Source of the DNA: Lenisia limosa
Taxonomy: Eukaryota > Protista > Breviatea
NCBI GenBank assembly: GCA_001655205.1
Contig: LPNZ01010086.1
Coordinates: 1-33,367 of the forward strand
DNA: 33,367 bases
Reading direction: 5' to 3'
The stretch's first letter is position 1, and each line of letters opens with the position of its first letter. Under the pieces are notes generated by a model, which was given only the letters and a program-made list of their open reading frames with translations, was not told where the DNA came from and searched no databases. This document shows positions 1 to 12,142 of this stretch, piece after piece. The position numbers and the translations under genes were made by a program.

Positions 1-958
1 ACTCTTAGACAAGAAGGACGAGGATTTCACTGCTTCCTCAGGCAGCAACCAGCAGTATGGCATCAGCAACATGGGAATGAACCAGAACATGGGTGGTATG
101 GGCCAGATGGGAGGCATGGGCATGGGTGGTATGAGTGGTATGGGTGGTATGGGCCAAATGGGAGGCATGGGCATGGGAGGCATGGGCATGAGCAACCAAT
201 ACGGAATGGGAGGAATGGGCGCAGGCTACGGCAACTACGGTGGAGGAATGGGCTATGGTGGTGGAATGAGCAACATGATGAACAACATGTATGGCAACAG
301 TGTGGGAATGGGTTACGGCGGCATGGGCATGGGTGGAGGAATGAACCGNNNNNNNNNNNNNNNNNNNNNNNNNNNNNNNNNNNNNNNNNNNNNNNNNNNN
401 NNNNNNNNNNNNNNNNNNNNNNNNNNNNNNNNNNNNNNNNNNNNNNNNNNNNNNNNNNNNNNNNNNNNNNNNNNNNNNNNNNNNNNNNNNNNNNNNNNNN
501 NNNNNNNNNNNNNNNNNNNNNNNNNNNNNNNNNNNNNNNNNNNNNNNNNNNNNNNNNNNNNNNNNNNNNNNNNNNNNNNNNNNNNNNNNAAGTGCCTTAA
601 GTGCAACGTGTTCAACTTCGCGACCAGGTTCGTCCCAACGCCATTTCGGCACACCCTTTCTGTCGACTTTTGTTACACACCTGAACTCAGTTCCCTCATG
701 ATTTAACCGCTGTAGAGACGCCTGCTTCAAGTGTGACAGCGGAAAGTCTGACGCAATGGTAAGAAGGGGCTGTTTTCAACCCAACTCCTTTTACCGCATC
801 TGTTGCTAATGGCGTAGACGCGGCCTGCTCCCGAGCGTCGTGCTGGCGACTGGGACTGCCCTAAGTGTCAGTTCCTCAACTTTGCCTCAAGGCATCAGTG
901 TTTCAAGTGCCAGACTGACAAGGACTCGGAGGAGGTCAAGGAAACTCGTGACGAATAG
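1..958 (+). CDS. Gly/Met-rich low-complexity protein with C-terminal RanBP2-type zinc fingers (5' partial, spans N gap)
   Basis: Frame is open from base 2 through a GMGG-rich tract. After the gap it reads KCLKCNVFNFATR|RDACFKC (intron 628-715) and, after intron 759-817, GDWDCPKCQFLNFASRHQCFKC. Both match the W-x-C-x2-C-x3-N-F-A-x-R-x2-C-x2-C RanBP2 finger pattern. Stop TAG at 956-958. Confidence 0.88.
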
Positions 959-995
959 AGTGTAATTAATTTTGTTTCTTATTTTAAATGTATTT

Positions 996-1098
996 TATCA
1001 GGTCCAACACCACCCAGCTTGTGAAAGGAGTGTGGGAGGGGTGTGACTATCAGGTCCAACACCACCCAGCTTGTGAAAGGAGTGTGGGAGGGGTGTGA
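996..1098. repeat. 52-bp tandem duplication (2 copies) downstream of the zinc-finger gene
   Basis: tatcaggtccaacaccacccagcttgtgaaaggagtgtgggaggggtgtga occurs at 996 and again at 1048. Confidence 0.95.
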
Positions 1099-1414
1099 TT
1101 ATTTTGCCATCTGAACCCGCCTGCGTCTTACTACCTCACCTCTGGGGGATCAGATGGTTATTTTATTTTTTTATTTTGTTTTTCTTCTTCCATATCAACG
1201 GCAAAACGGCAAATAAAACCAGAGAAAGAAACAACAACTTGACGACAGCAACGACCTCATGTAAAAGAGACAGACCCCCACCAAGTTGCCACCAAGTATT
1301 TCGTTCAGTTTTGAAGACTTCCCACTCTTCCACAACTCTGCATTCTAAACAAGTTTAAACAGCATTTTTTGCTTCAGGCAGGCCTCTAATAGGCAGTACA
1401 CGTCGCTCTCCGTC

Positions 1415-4400
1415 ATGGGTGACCCTGCACTCAAGAAGACGATCATCGTTGTGGTCTGTGTCTTCGTCTTCTTCTACCTCTTAACATGGGGAACATCAAG
1501 TGTCAGTAATAACAAGTATTTGGGTTGATTTGCTGAGGGGTTGAACAAAGAACTTCGATGGTGGTTGGTTGCATTATTGATCATTTCAAGTGCGGCTGAG
1601 TTGGGGTCGCAGGAGGAGGAGTCTGAGAACCAAGAACAGCTTACTGAATTCGAAGAAGGTTGGACGGCTTCAACATTGATTTTCTAACAAGGGATGTGAT
1701 AAAGGGCCGATAACCTGACTTGTCTCTATCAGACAGGATTCCTTGTTTACGGTCTAGGAGAGGAAGAAGAAAGTCAACATGCTACCCAAGCAGTTGCAGC
1801 GATAATCATCTTGTCCGTGTGTGTGTTAGCAGCACACTTGATCCACACATATGAGCTCACTTTCATGCCTGAAAGCGTGGTATGGGAGGGAGGGGTATGG
1901 GAGGGGAATGATGGTACTGTTATGTTTTCTATTGTCATTTGAAACTTGTGTTTATCTCTATCAAGTCTTCACTCGCTTGGACTGTAATTATGATCTCCAG
2001 ACTTTTCTTTTGTCCACCTTTTCTGACATGTTGACCTCCCTTCAGGCGGTAGTCTTCATTGGCATGCTATTTGGACTTGTTCTCCGCATAAGCCACCAAG
2101 ATTATGAGAACCTTGTGACTTTGGACCCCCAATTGTTCTTTTTGTTCATTCTCCCACCCATCATCTTTGAGTCGGCCTACCTTGGAGTCAACAAAGGAGA
2201 CTTTTTCCGACACATTGTCCCGATCGTGGTATTTGCGCTAATCGGAACCGTCATTTCCGCAGTTATCATCAGGTGGGTCTTGCCGTTTTGACTCCTCCCT
2301 TTCCCTCCCCAGTGTAATTTGTTCTGACTAGGTGTTTTACACGGCTTATACTGAATCCCGTTCAACAATTGATATTTTCGGTCTTTAGCCGACTTGTGAT
2401 TCGTTCAGTTCGTTCCTCTACGTCGCCGGAGAAATGGGAATAGCTTACAAGATGCCTTTCTTGGACTGCTTCATTTACGGCTGTATGGGGGTGGAATAGG
2501 ATAACTGCTGTGTTTCCAATTAAATATTTGGGTTCATATTTCAAATAGGAAAGAACATGACATTTCAGCACTGACATCGGCGGTGGACCCGGTTGCTACT
2601 TTGGCTATCTTCAAAAACCTGTGGGGATGGGGCATTGGAATAACATTTCTTGATTCAAATGAAAGTAAAATAATCGGAGGAGGGGAAGATGAAAGTGGCT
2701 TCTTCGGTTTATGCGTTTAATTTCTAACCCCCTGAAAGTTTTTAAGATGCCATCTTATCACGCAGCTGCGTGGTGCCCATGTTGGAAATGACCGTCCTGG
2801 GTGAGTCGATAGTCAACGATGCAGTTTCGATTGTTCTCATGCGGTGAGGGGCCTTGCAATGAGGAGTATGTTGTGTTTTTTTGCTTACCCCTCCCCCCCT
2901 CTCCAGAACACTTGTCCATTTCTTGTCGCACCCTGTTGAGAGCGGCCTTCTCCAAGAGGCAGCCGGCAGGTTCCTTCTGAGCGTCTTCGGCTCGGGTGGG
3001 TCCAGGGGTTGAAAATCGGAGCACTTCATGGTGCCAATAATAAAGGTTGCTTCCTTTAACCTCTACATACATGTATTGTCTCTATAATGCCTCATTAGTT
3101 TTATGCCTTTTCACAGCGCGTCACCTTGAAATAACCTTATTTGTTTGTACCGAAGCGTCTTACTCTGACCTTTTCAGCTGCTCTTGGCGTTGGACTTGGC
3201 CTCATTTCTGCCCTGGTATGTTCTTGTTGGAGCAATTGTACTGGACTTCTTTCTTTTGCTATTCTGTCGTGTTCCTCACCTCTCCACTCCAATAGGCTCT
3301 CAAGTACCTCTCCCTCCGAGACAACCCCACTTTTGAGTCGTCATTCCTCTACTTCTTTGCGTACCTTCCTTATGTGGCTGCCGATATGTTAGGAATGTAA
3401 GCATGCAGACATCTTTAAGGGTTATTAGAAAATCTGAGATATTGTGGAACAAGCATTCATTTTTTTGACCTTCCAGGTCCGGCATTATGGCTGTTCTCTT
3501 TGCTGGTATTACGATGGCGCATTACACTCACCACAACATGACCCCGTTGAACCAAGTAAGGGAATTCAGGTTGTTTATGGCTTTAGAAAGCTAGCTTATT
3601 GACTTTTATATCGGTTGTTTATGGCTTTAGATTGGCGTTGGGCAAACATTACATACTTTGGCGTTCCTCTGCGAAACTGCTGTCTTTGCCTATTTAGGTA
3701 AAGGGATGGAAACGATTCGTCATTATAGCATGTATATATAATATAATATATGATATATACATATACTACATATATTATTGCTACATAATATATATATTGC
3801 TACATATTTTGGTGAATAGGCTTCCACAACCCAACGTATCACTTTATTGTATCAAAGAAGCCGGGCTGGGTTAAACTTGAAAAAAACACTTTGCATTATT
3901 GTCGCAATTGTTTTGCCTGAATGCTAATTCTACAGGAATTGCCATTTTCACGCATGAGCATCACTTTGACTTTGGATTCATTTTGGTGACTATTGTGGCG
4001 TGTCTGGTTGGACGCGTCTTCAATATATATCCTCTGTCGTTCATCGTAAGGGTGCTTGTTTGAGTGTTTCGGCGCATGTCTTGCTTTTACCCGACATTTT
4101 AGATGAATTTGTTCCGCTCAGAAAAGATTCCTGCCAAAATGCAGGTCTGCCTCTTTTTCACTATTCTTTCTCCTTTATCTTCACCCCTCATTACCCCCAG
4201 TTCATGATGTGGTTCTCAGGACTCCGCGGCGCAATTGCCTTCGCGCTGGCGCTCAACGCACCCGGACACCGATCACTGATCGTCACCACCACTCTGGTGC
4301 TTGTCGTGTTCACCATGGTCGTTCTTGGAGGCTCAGTCTTACCAGTGAGCCATGAGGCTCAAATGGATTGCTATGAATTTGCTGACAGTTTAGCTCCTCA

Positions 4401-5241
4401 AAAAGCTTGGTCTTGACAAACAGGAGCCGGATCCTGAAACCCTTGTGGGACTAGTTCGGGTTGAAAATAACAAAAGAAAAACATTGTGAATTGAACTCAC
4501 CAAACAGAACGATGATGATGACAGGCATTTGGTGTCAAACACTCAAACAGCGCAAACATGGTTCTCACAGGTTCGCAACTAATCGTCGGATTTGTTTGCG
4601 ATTTCATAAACTAAACTTCACTTCCCTTTCGTGCCATTCTACCAACATAATAATCAATCTCACCTCACTTTCGTGCCATTCTACTGATATAATAATCAAT
4701 CTCACCTCTCAGATGGACGAGAAGTATCTGAGGGGAATTTTCATTGCCCAAAAGACTCCAAAACACGCCAAGGTAGCTTCGTCATTATCATTTTCTTACT
4801 CTTCAGTTTGCGGTCACTGAAGTGGAGAAGATTGTTCGACTATGGGACCCACAGTATCATACAATTGAAATGGTTGGTCTAAACCCCCCGTGTTCATTCT
4901 CCAGGCTGAAGTAGATGTAGATAGTCCTACGGAGCCACGAAGTATGCAGGAGGTCCCTGGTGTTGAGGAGCACCATCGTTTCAGAATACACAATGATAAC
5001 GAGGTAAAGACTGCCAGGGCCAGTCATGAAGCTTTAGATTATGTCCCCGCCGCCGGCAGTACTGGATGAGTCTGACGTCAGTGATATGTCTATTGTTGGC
5101 ACCCCTATTGCCTCACCCGCAATTAACTCGGTAGGTGGATTTGAATACCTTGAAGACTTTACTGATAGTTTCCAACTAAAAACCTCTAGGAGGTCGACCT
5201 GGGAGGAACGGTTATGGTCTAATTGGATTTTAATGTACTAA
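1415..5241 (+). CDS. NHE: Na+/H+ exchanger, CPA1 family (NHE8/endomembrane-like), multi-exon
   Basis: Spliced translation contains family motifs DPQLFFLFILPPIIFESAY, SLTSAVDPVATLAIF, LGESIVNDAVSIVL, SGIMAVLFAGITMAHYTHHN and WFSGLRGAIAFALA. The N-terminus is hydrophobic (MGDPALKKTIIVVVCVFVFF). Introns are canonical GT-AG. The 3' end is less certain. Confidence 0.95.
4626..4708. repeat. 42-bp tandem duplication at the 3' end of an NHE intron
   Basis: ctttcgtgccattctac(caac/tgat)ataataatcaatctcacctc occurs twice with 3 mismatches, just before the acceptor at about 4712. Confidence 0.9.
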
Positions 5242-5348
5242 TATTTAAACTCAGAAGAAGCTGTTTGAATACAAACTTAATTTACTTATTAACAATGAAT
5301 ACTGTGGAATATCGCATCATTTGCACATGGCTAATTTGACCTGGTACA

Positions 5349-8300
5349 TCAGGCATCTAAAGGGTGAGTGGATGTTGGATGTTGGGGAACTGGTGATGCA
5401 TTACATAATGAAGCAGATGATGATGGAGATGATCCAATAATAATATCGAAGGACATAACAAGGATCACCTTAAAGAAGGTCTCGGTGCTGGGTGGAGTTG
5501 ATAGGCAGGTGTCTTCGAAACCAGCAATGGAACTCTTTGCACTAAAATTTGAGACATAAACGGGCTTACACATAGCCGAGGGCAAAGTTACCACCGCATT
5601 CGCCAGTGACGTAGAGAAGGTCATGACCATTAAAGACCCGGGTAGGACTGGACGAGTGAGAACCCTCGAACACCTACAAAGGACAAAGCGCAGTGACGGC
5701 AACAGTAGCATCGGTAAAGCCCTTCCCTAACGATTGTGACACCATTACCCCTCCGTTAGCTGGGGGGGGGGGGTAAGCGAAGAATTGNNNNNNNNNNNNN
5801 NNNNNNNNNNNNNNNNNNNNNNNNNATTAATATAGCTGCGTCAGTATTGTGACCAAAGGTCAAGACATCGTATTGGTCAATAGCAGGAACCGACACCCAC
5901 CTAATGGACAGAATGATAATACTACCGAAGTATGTTGAAAAAAAAAAAAGACCCATTGAATAGATTTCGCACAATAATTTTCGGTGTAATATTTGAATTG
6001 CAATTGCCCCTACAATTGTGCGTGATCCTCACGGTCGACGTATTTGACGGTGGACACAACTCCTCTGAAATAGAACCTTCCAGAAGCTAAGCAAATAAAT
6101 AATAACAGCTTGCAAAACACTGTATTTCTGATTGTTGTGGACAAAGGATCCCCTTAGTATTATTATGGCAAATTTCATATCGTATATTATTATATCATAA
6201 ATGTATCATGAAAACTGAATTTCACTTGATACACATGTACTATATACAGTATAATACATATGATATCATATGTTACATAAAATTATATCATCATATATGA
6301 TATGTATTATATTACTATATGATCATATAGTATTATATATATCATATCATATATTATAATATCTCATAGCTATATAGTAGTATATTAATATAATATACTA
6401 CTATATATCTCTCACCAGTTCTGATCAAAGCGTTATAAGCAGAGTTGGATCCAAATTCAGGCTGTGTGTCTCCCTCGGGCATGGAAATCATCCTATGGGG
6501 GTCACATCATAAATATCCCTGTGATTTTTGGAGATGAAGATNNNNNNNNNNNNNNNNNNNNNNNNNNNNNNNNNNNNNNNNNNNNNNNNNNNNNNNNNNN
6601 NNNNNNNNNNNNNAGCCATTGTCTCCCGAGTAGTAGGCCATGCCAGAAGAAAGCGTCACGAATGAGGAGTGGCCGGTGGCGTAAACGCTCACAGGGTACC
6701 CGTGTGATGTTGGAATGGGCTGGATCGTGAGAAATAGGAAAGAAAAAGGCAGGTATAATATGATATACTAATACTATGTATAGTATCACATACATATGAT
6801 ATATACTTAGGGCTTCACTTCGGTTCGAAAATAGACTGCATTTCTCGATAAATTCGATATTTTCTCGGTCTTTTTTGAACCGAAGTGAAGCCTAAGAAAT
6901 TCCTAGACCCTCAACCAACAATTTTGTAAAGGGCAACGTATGAATAATCAGTGGACCCGTAGTAGATGGAGTCTTTTACCTCCAGGCCAAATCCATAAAC
7001 CTCCATGTTGGCTAAAAAGGCGTAACTATGCTAAACTGTGCTTGTGTGGGAAAATGTGTACCAAGTTCAAACCCATTGGCATTGATGCAAAAAGTATTGT
7101 GCTATTAACCAAAAAGATTAGTAATACCAACCTGTCAGGATGAGCAAGTGGTAGAAGCCGTATGATATCTTGCTAATTTGTGAAGGTAGATCGTTAGCGG
7201 TCCATTCAGGCATTGCTGGTGCATTAAAATGGAGGAATAGAGAAATGGCCGTCCGTGAAACACCAGGCAAAACAGAGTCTTTCATCCTAGTTGCCCACAA
7301 ATAACAGTAGGCTCGGTTCCAACAGAGTTGAGAGCAACGCCGTTGAAGGGCTTTTGCCGACCAGCAGCAATGAAATGAGTACCTGGGGTATGAAGCAAAC
7401 CAACAAGGCACTTGGTATCTAACTATGAAAGAAGGGGAGTCGAGTACTCAGTCACATACTGTTAATTACAAAACTTGCTTGATGGAAAACAAACGCATAG
7501 TCCCACGTTTCGGCAATATGCGAGAACTCCAGGACAGAGTCCAAGTACTACATGGTCAATTGTGGTTGACTGTTCTGAGGCGTTTCAAGTGCGTCAACAG
7601 GCTAAGACATACACACCAGTACCCACAGAAACACCATCGTTGAGGAAAGCATTTGTTGAGCTTGCACCACACCCCACAAGACCTGGCATGATAAGTAATT
7701 GTCCCGAAGACTATTTCATACCCCCCCCCCCCACCTTGTGTGCTTTCCTGACATGTTGGCAAATCAGCCCATCCCGTCAGCACGGAGCATTGTACCGGTC
7801 CCGTGACGGAAAGCTTGAACTTTGCCGGGCATGAGGCAACACAGGTCCGGCCCGATGCTGTCAGTTCGTAACAGTGTAACGACAGTCTGGGAGGAGGGGG
7901 GGGGGGGATAAAGCGAGAAATTTTGGAAGAATATTAGGGTGAAGGTAAGTCACTTGGGCTTCACTTCGGTTCGAAAAAAGACTGAATTTTTTCGATAAAT
8001 CTCCGAAAATTATCGATATTTTATCGGTATTTTTCGAACCGAAGTGAAGCCCTCATAGCCATGAAATAAATAATCTAAAACTCCAACAAACAAACAAGAA
8101 ACCTAATATAAAACACAAAAACAAAGCCCGGGCCAGCCTTTGAAGAGTCCCACCAAAAAAGGTAAAGGGAAATGATTTTTTTTTAAAAAAAAATCCGATT
8201 AACAAAGGGGAACAGTCTCTGCAAACCTTGGTGGTAGAATTGGCAACTCTCTGCAGTTGCTTCCTGAAAAATTACTCCACAAAGAACAAACGATAACAAT

Positions 8301-8714
8301 AGGTTTAATATAAATCTAAAATAACTTTCGGAGGAAAGTCGGATTATCGATGCTAAGACAAATTGCCACCAGCCTTGCATGGAACAAAGTACCAATTAGT
8401 TTTTTTGGATGTCAAACAGAGAGAGAATTATAAAATTGGATTACAAATTGCAAAAAAGAACAAACCCTTAAAAGACAAGAAGTCAGTAGGATGACTATCT
8501 TCTGAGGCTACAGGCACATTGAGAGTAGCTAAACCACTTGGGTCTATCCTGCAAGCAATTAAGACTCAAGCACCTATCATGGAGATTGTGAAGACGAAGA
8601 GGATGCACTTTAGTACATATTTGGCCTTAGATCTTACTTTATTGATGATGAGGAAAGGCACAAAGGTAGAGGAAATACAGAGAGAGCAAGTAAAACGGCC
8701 AAGAAGTAGGACAT
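5349..8714 (-). CDS. Putative secreted protein: signal peptide + Sushi/CCP-like domain + RCC1/BLIP-II-like repeats, multi-exon
   Basis: ATG at 8714 gives MSYFLAVLLALSVFPLPLCLSS (signal-like). A Sushi-like segment follows: SNCRELPILPP..TCVASCPAKFKLSVTGPVQCSVLTGWADLPTC (main exon about 7734-7886). RCC1-like blades include ISKISYGFYHLLILTANMEVYGFG (about 6985-7180), VSVYATGHSSFVTLSSGMAYYSGDNG (6614-6692) and NALIRTASGRFYFRG. The last exon matches ORF 5349-5711. Two N gaps and several junctions are unresolved. Confidence 0.75.
6810..6892. mobile_element. MITE, PIF/Harbinger (Tourist)-like, copy 1 (intronic)
   Basis: About 21-bp terminal inverted repeats, (G)GGCTTCACTTCGGTTCGAAAA ... ttttTGAACCGAAGTGAAGCC, with 1 mismatch. 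Flanked by TTA on the left and TAA on the right. Internal sequence resembles 7956-8052. Confidence 0.75.
7956..8052. mobile_element. MITE, PIF/Harbinger (Tourist)-like, copy 2 (intronic)
   Basis: Perfect 23-bp inverted repeats GGGCTTCACTTCGGTTCGAAAAA ... TTTTTCGAACCGAAGTGAAGCCC. Same family as 6810-6892 with about 14 extra internal bases. No clean target-site duplication. Confidence 0.78.
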
Positions 8715-9256
8715 TTTCAAACAGTGTTGTCCAATGTTTGTTTGTTTCACGCAAGTTTCACGTTTTCTTCGGGTTTTCTTTCTCTTGTTCGTTCATTCAT
8801 TCGGTTTTCCTATAAACAAAGCCACGGCTCAGCCGCGGTTCAACATCAAAGTTATTTATTTTAGTTAATTTTATTAAAACTAACTAGAGAAAGTCAGTCT
8901 GCTGCTTGTCGTTTAATTACCCATTTTCGAATGGATATTTGGATTTTGTTGTTGGAATTCGGTTGGAATTACTCTGTCTGTATGTCCCCCCGCCAGCCGC
9001 CCAGGACATAGCCCCTTTGGCTGCATCTTGCCCACCCCAAGCCCATCCTCGAAACCCCCACTCTTTGTTTTCCTGTTACACTGATTTTTTTTTGCTACTC
9101 CGATATCTGCCCTCAATCTACCCTCTGACAATGCTGCAAGTGCCCTCTTAATATCAACAACTGTATGGGTGGATGTTTATATCTGATGGTGGGAGAAATG
9201 TAATGTTTTTTTGTTTTTTTTTCCTGTTATTCCTGCAAGTGTGTCTCATTCTGAAG

Positions 9257-11721
9257 ATGGAGACGAAGACTCCTTCGTTAAGTGGTTTACCGATCTCTTC
9301 GGGGGTCACAATCAATGACGTCACATCCACATCTTCACCTATGTTCTCCGCCAATGCCACATCCACATCTTCACCCATGTTCTCCGCCAATACCAACGTT
9401 CACGATCGAGACCCCAAACGACACAGGCCATTGCCAGGAATTGTGGGCCACATCATATTTCTCTAAATCATGAAGATTGCTCTTTTAGTGATATTCTATT
9501 TCCACCACATTATTCATTCATTTTCCCATGAATCTGATGTGGTAAGTTGAGGAATAGATTCAGCTTTATAGCCTATATGAGTTTAAACGAACATACATAC
9601 TACATATGATATTTATTCTCTTGTTACTTTTCTCAAATCATCAATATCTCGTATAAGCGTGATCTACATATCAAGAAACTCAGCATGATTCCTCTTGTTA
9701 TTCTCCGTGTTATTCTATTGGTATGATTGAGTGTCAGAACAATACGACAATGTCGCAGTTTTCCCCTGCCGTCTCCACTCCGCCGGTCCAGTCTGGGCAG
9801 TCCTCATTCCCATCAGGTCCGGTCCAGAATCCAAGCCAGGTTCGCCCAAATATCTTCCTCAATGTTTCGTCATGTATGTATGATCGCTTGGTTCAGTCCT
9901 TTCGGAGGCGAAGTAACTTCCCCCTTAGTTCATGGCGCCTTTCACACCGACAGCGACCAACTCGCCAATGTATCCAAGACAAGGCGATGGTAGGGCCCAA
10001 AGGATTGATTTTGTGTTGTGCTTATTCTTTGCAGGCAATTTTGTAAATCGGTCTTCACCTGGGCAATCTTTTACTGGTGAGGATGATTGACTCAGAATCA
10101 AAGGGTAAACTGAATAGGACATAGTTTAGACCCTCTTTCCATTTTTTTTTTTTTTTTAGTTCAACAACGTTATNNNNNNNNNNNNNNNNNNNNNNNNNNN
10201 NNNNNNNNNNNNNNNNNNNNNNNNNNNNNNNNNNNNNNNNNNNNNNNNNNNNNNNNNNNNNNNNNNNNTCCCGTAACCGAGCCTTTCAGTTCGGTATCCA
10301 CGGTTCCAATCCCGATGACTCTGACGCCGATGTCGCAGCTGTCAGCAGTGCAGGATGTTTTGACGCGAAGCTCAGTCGCGCAGCCCATTGACCAAGCAGG
10401 CCTCAATGCCGTGATGGGCAACATTGTCAATGCAATCACGGGTTATAACCATCAAACCAACGTCATACCCCCCGCACAAGGCCCGATATCACCAGCGTAC
10501 ACCTTTGTTGAGCCTCCCTCTCAGCCCGGACCCAGCGTCAGACAACAAAGCCCTGCCCCGGCCCTTCAAGTCTCTGTTGAGCGATCGCCTTCTATTCACC
10601 TTCCTGGTGCCTCCGGGGGACCGAGCTTGCAAAACCAGACAGCTCGCCCAAGCCTAGCGCCTCAGGTGGGGCCTAAAAGCAAATATCATTCAAATAAAAG
10701 TCTGTCAAAAGACATACTAAATGAGAAATCGTTGAAATGTGATGTTGGTGATGACTTTGGGATATATTAATGCTTTTCACCTTCTCATACGTATGATATG
10801 ATATGCAGTTTTCAAATCAATACATCTTCATGATGGTTGCTTTCAAGGGCACAAACAGCCCGTCTGTTGGCACTATAAACGCTCTAGGAACCCAGTGCTC
10901 CCCCGCAACTTGACGCTGCCAGTCTGCTCTCGGTAATCCAGTCAACTTTGGGCTCCTCAAGTGACCCCGCCGCCGCGCTCGCTCAAATCTCCAACCTCAT
11001 TAGTCCGCAGGTCACATCTCCCCAGTTTTCTCAAACTCAGCATTACCCCCAACAAAACGTGAGTTGCCTTATGTGGAAGTATTTGGCTTGTTATTGTGAC
11101 TTTTCACCCTCCAGAAAGAGCCCCTTCAAACGCTCACCCCACACCAAAGCCCTCAGATTCCCTTGTCAGTAAGCTATGTTCAATTCATTCCTTACAAGGG
11201 GTGATCTTCTTTGATAAAGAGAGAAATATGAAGAGCCTTACCTTGCAGTCGCCTCGAGTTCTTCAAGTTGTCCCTGTCCATTCAGAACAGTTCAATGTCC
11301 AGAACACGGTGGCGGTGCACCCTGCCTCCACAGGATCGTTCCAGCATTCTGTGCCTAAGCAAGTCCTTCAGGAGCACATGCCTCGCGAAATAGCCCCGCC
11401 ACAACCCCCACAGCAGCAAATGCCACAGCTCCCACAGCCCCAAATCCCGCAACCACCAATCCAGAAACCAATCATCCAAAGTGTTCCCCCACCACTGGTA
11501 TACCCTCTATTAATTCGTCCATATTGTGATGAGTTATTTCTCATCTTTCATATTTGGCGAATGTTTTCACATTAATTCATTTTGTCCTCAAATTTTCTCT
11601 GACCATGTAGACTCCGCAGTTCCAAGTTCCCTCACCAGCACAGTTCCAAGCGGTCAAATTACCACAATTTACACACCCTACACATACCCCTGTTCCACCA
11701 CCGTTTGTTGGCTCAGTATGA
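9257..11721 (+). CDS. Pro/Gln/Ser-rich, probably disordered hypothetical protein, multi-exon
   Basis: Consecutive P/Q/S-rich exons: METKTPSLSG.., SQFSPAVSTPPVQSG.., TPMSQLSAVQDVL.., PPQPPQQQMPQLPQP... Canonical junctions are found where checked (9864-9928). Likely stop TGA at 11719-11721. No recognisable domain; start and some exons are uncertain. Confidence 0.65.
9322..9395. repeat. 36-bp in-frame tandem duplication (TSTSSPMFSANA x2)
   Basis: cacatccacatcttcacc(t/c)atgttctccgccaat(g/a)c occurs at 9322 and 9358. Confidence 0.9.
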
Positions 11722-11762
11722 CATTAATTTCATTTCATTTTCTACCCGCCCGTATCATTACC

Positions 11763-11996
11763 TCATATCTTCAGCGTTGAAACCCAGAACTTTTCTTCCT
11801 CAGCCCCGTGGTCCGGAAGACATCTTGTGTCTCCAAGAGGTATGACTGTCTTGAAAGCCAATGCTGCTTCTGTGGTGTTTATATAACATACTACATTGTC
11901 CTCTGCGGCAAAAACAGGCCCGTTCGACTCACTACTAGGCGTTATGGCTGAAACGTGGGACATTTCAACTAAGGAGCCCACAGAAGCTAGCTCCAT
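11763..11996 (-). CDS. Small hypothetical protein (77 aa, possibly about 91 aa with an upstream exon from ATG 12085)
   Basis: Uninterrupted ORF with ordinary globular composition. It ends 41 bp from the convergent upstream gene's stop. A possible 50-nt phase-2 intron would join it to an ATG at 12085. No domain recognised. Confidence 0.4.
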   Translation of the reverse strand: MELASVGSLVEMSHVSAITPSSESNGPVFAAEDNVVCYINTTEAALAFKTVIPLGDTRCLPDHGAEEEKFWVSTLKI

Positions 11997-12142
11997 CGGT
12001 ATGCTTCAAATTAAGCACAAAACTAGAGCACTTCAAGGGATGTGATTTATTACCCCTTGCGTCTTGGCCAACTAATGAGTCTCATAATCTTTTTTTTTCT
12101 TCTTCTATCTCTCCATTTTACCATCTCTCTCTTGTTTTCTCC

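Noticed and set aside
38-730. 230-aa His/Ala-rich minus-strand ORF
   Set aside because: It is the antisense shadow of the Gly/Met repeat plus N-gap read-through. The + strand carries the recognisable zinc fingers.
6820-6832. GGTTCGAA in the MITE as a Pol III B-box, tRNA or SINE
   Set aside because: It lacks the rest of the B-box, any A-box or a cloverleaf, and it is part of the terminal inverted repeat.
7548-7550. Apparent in-frame TAG in the RCC1-like gene, suggesting a variant genetic code
   Set aside because: The TAG is a plausible splice acceptor (ttgaccatgtag), and a phase-0 intron restores the frame. RPS15A and NADK end in TAA at their expected positions.
9154-9396. Minus-strand ORF with AENMGEDVDV repeats
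   Set aside because: It is the antisense reading of the 36-bp duplication. The + frame fits the S/T/P-rich downstream exons better.
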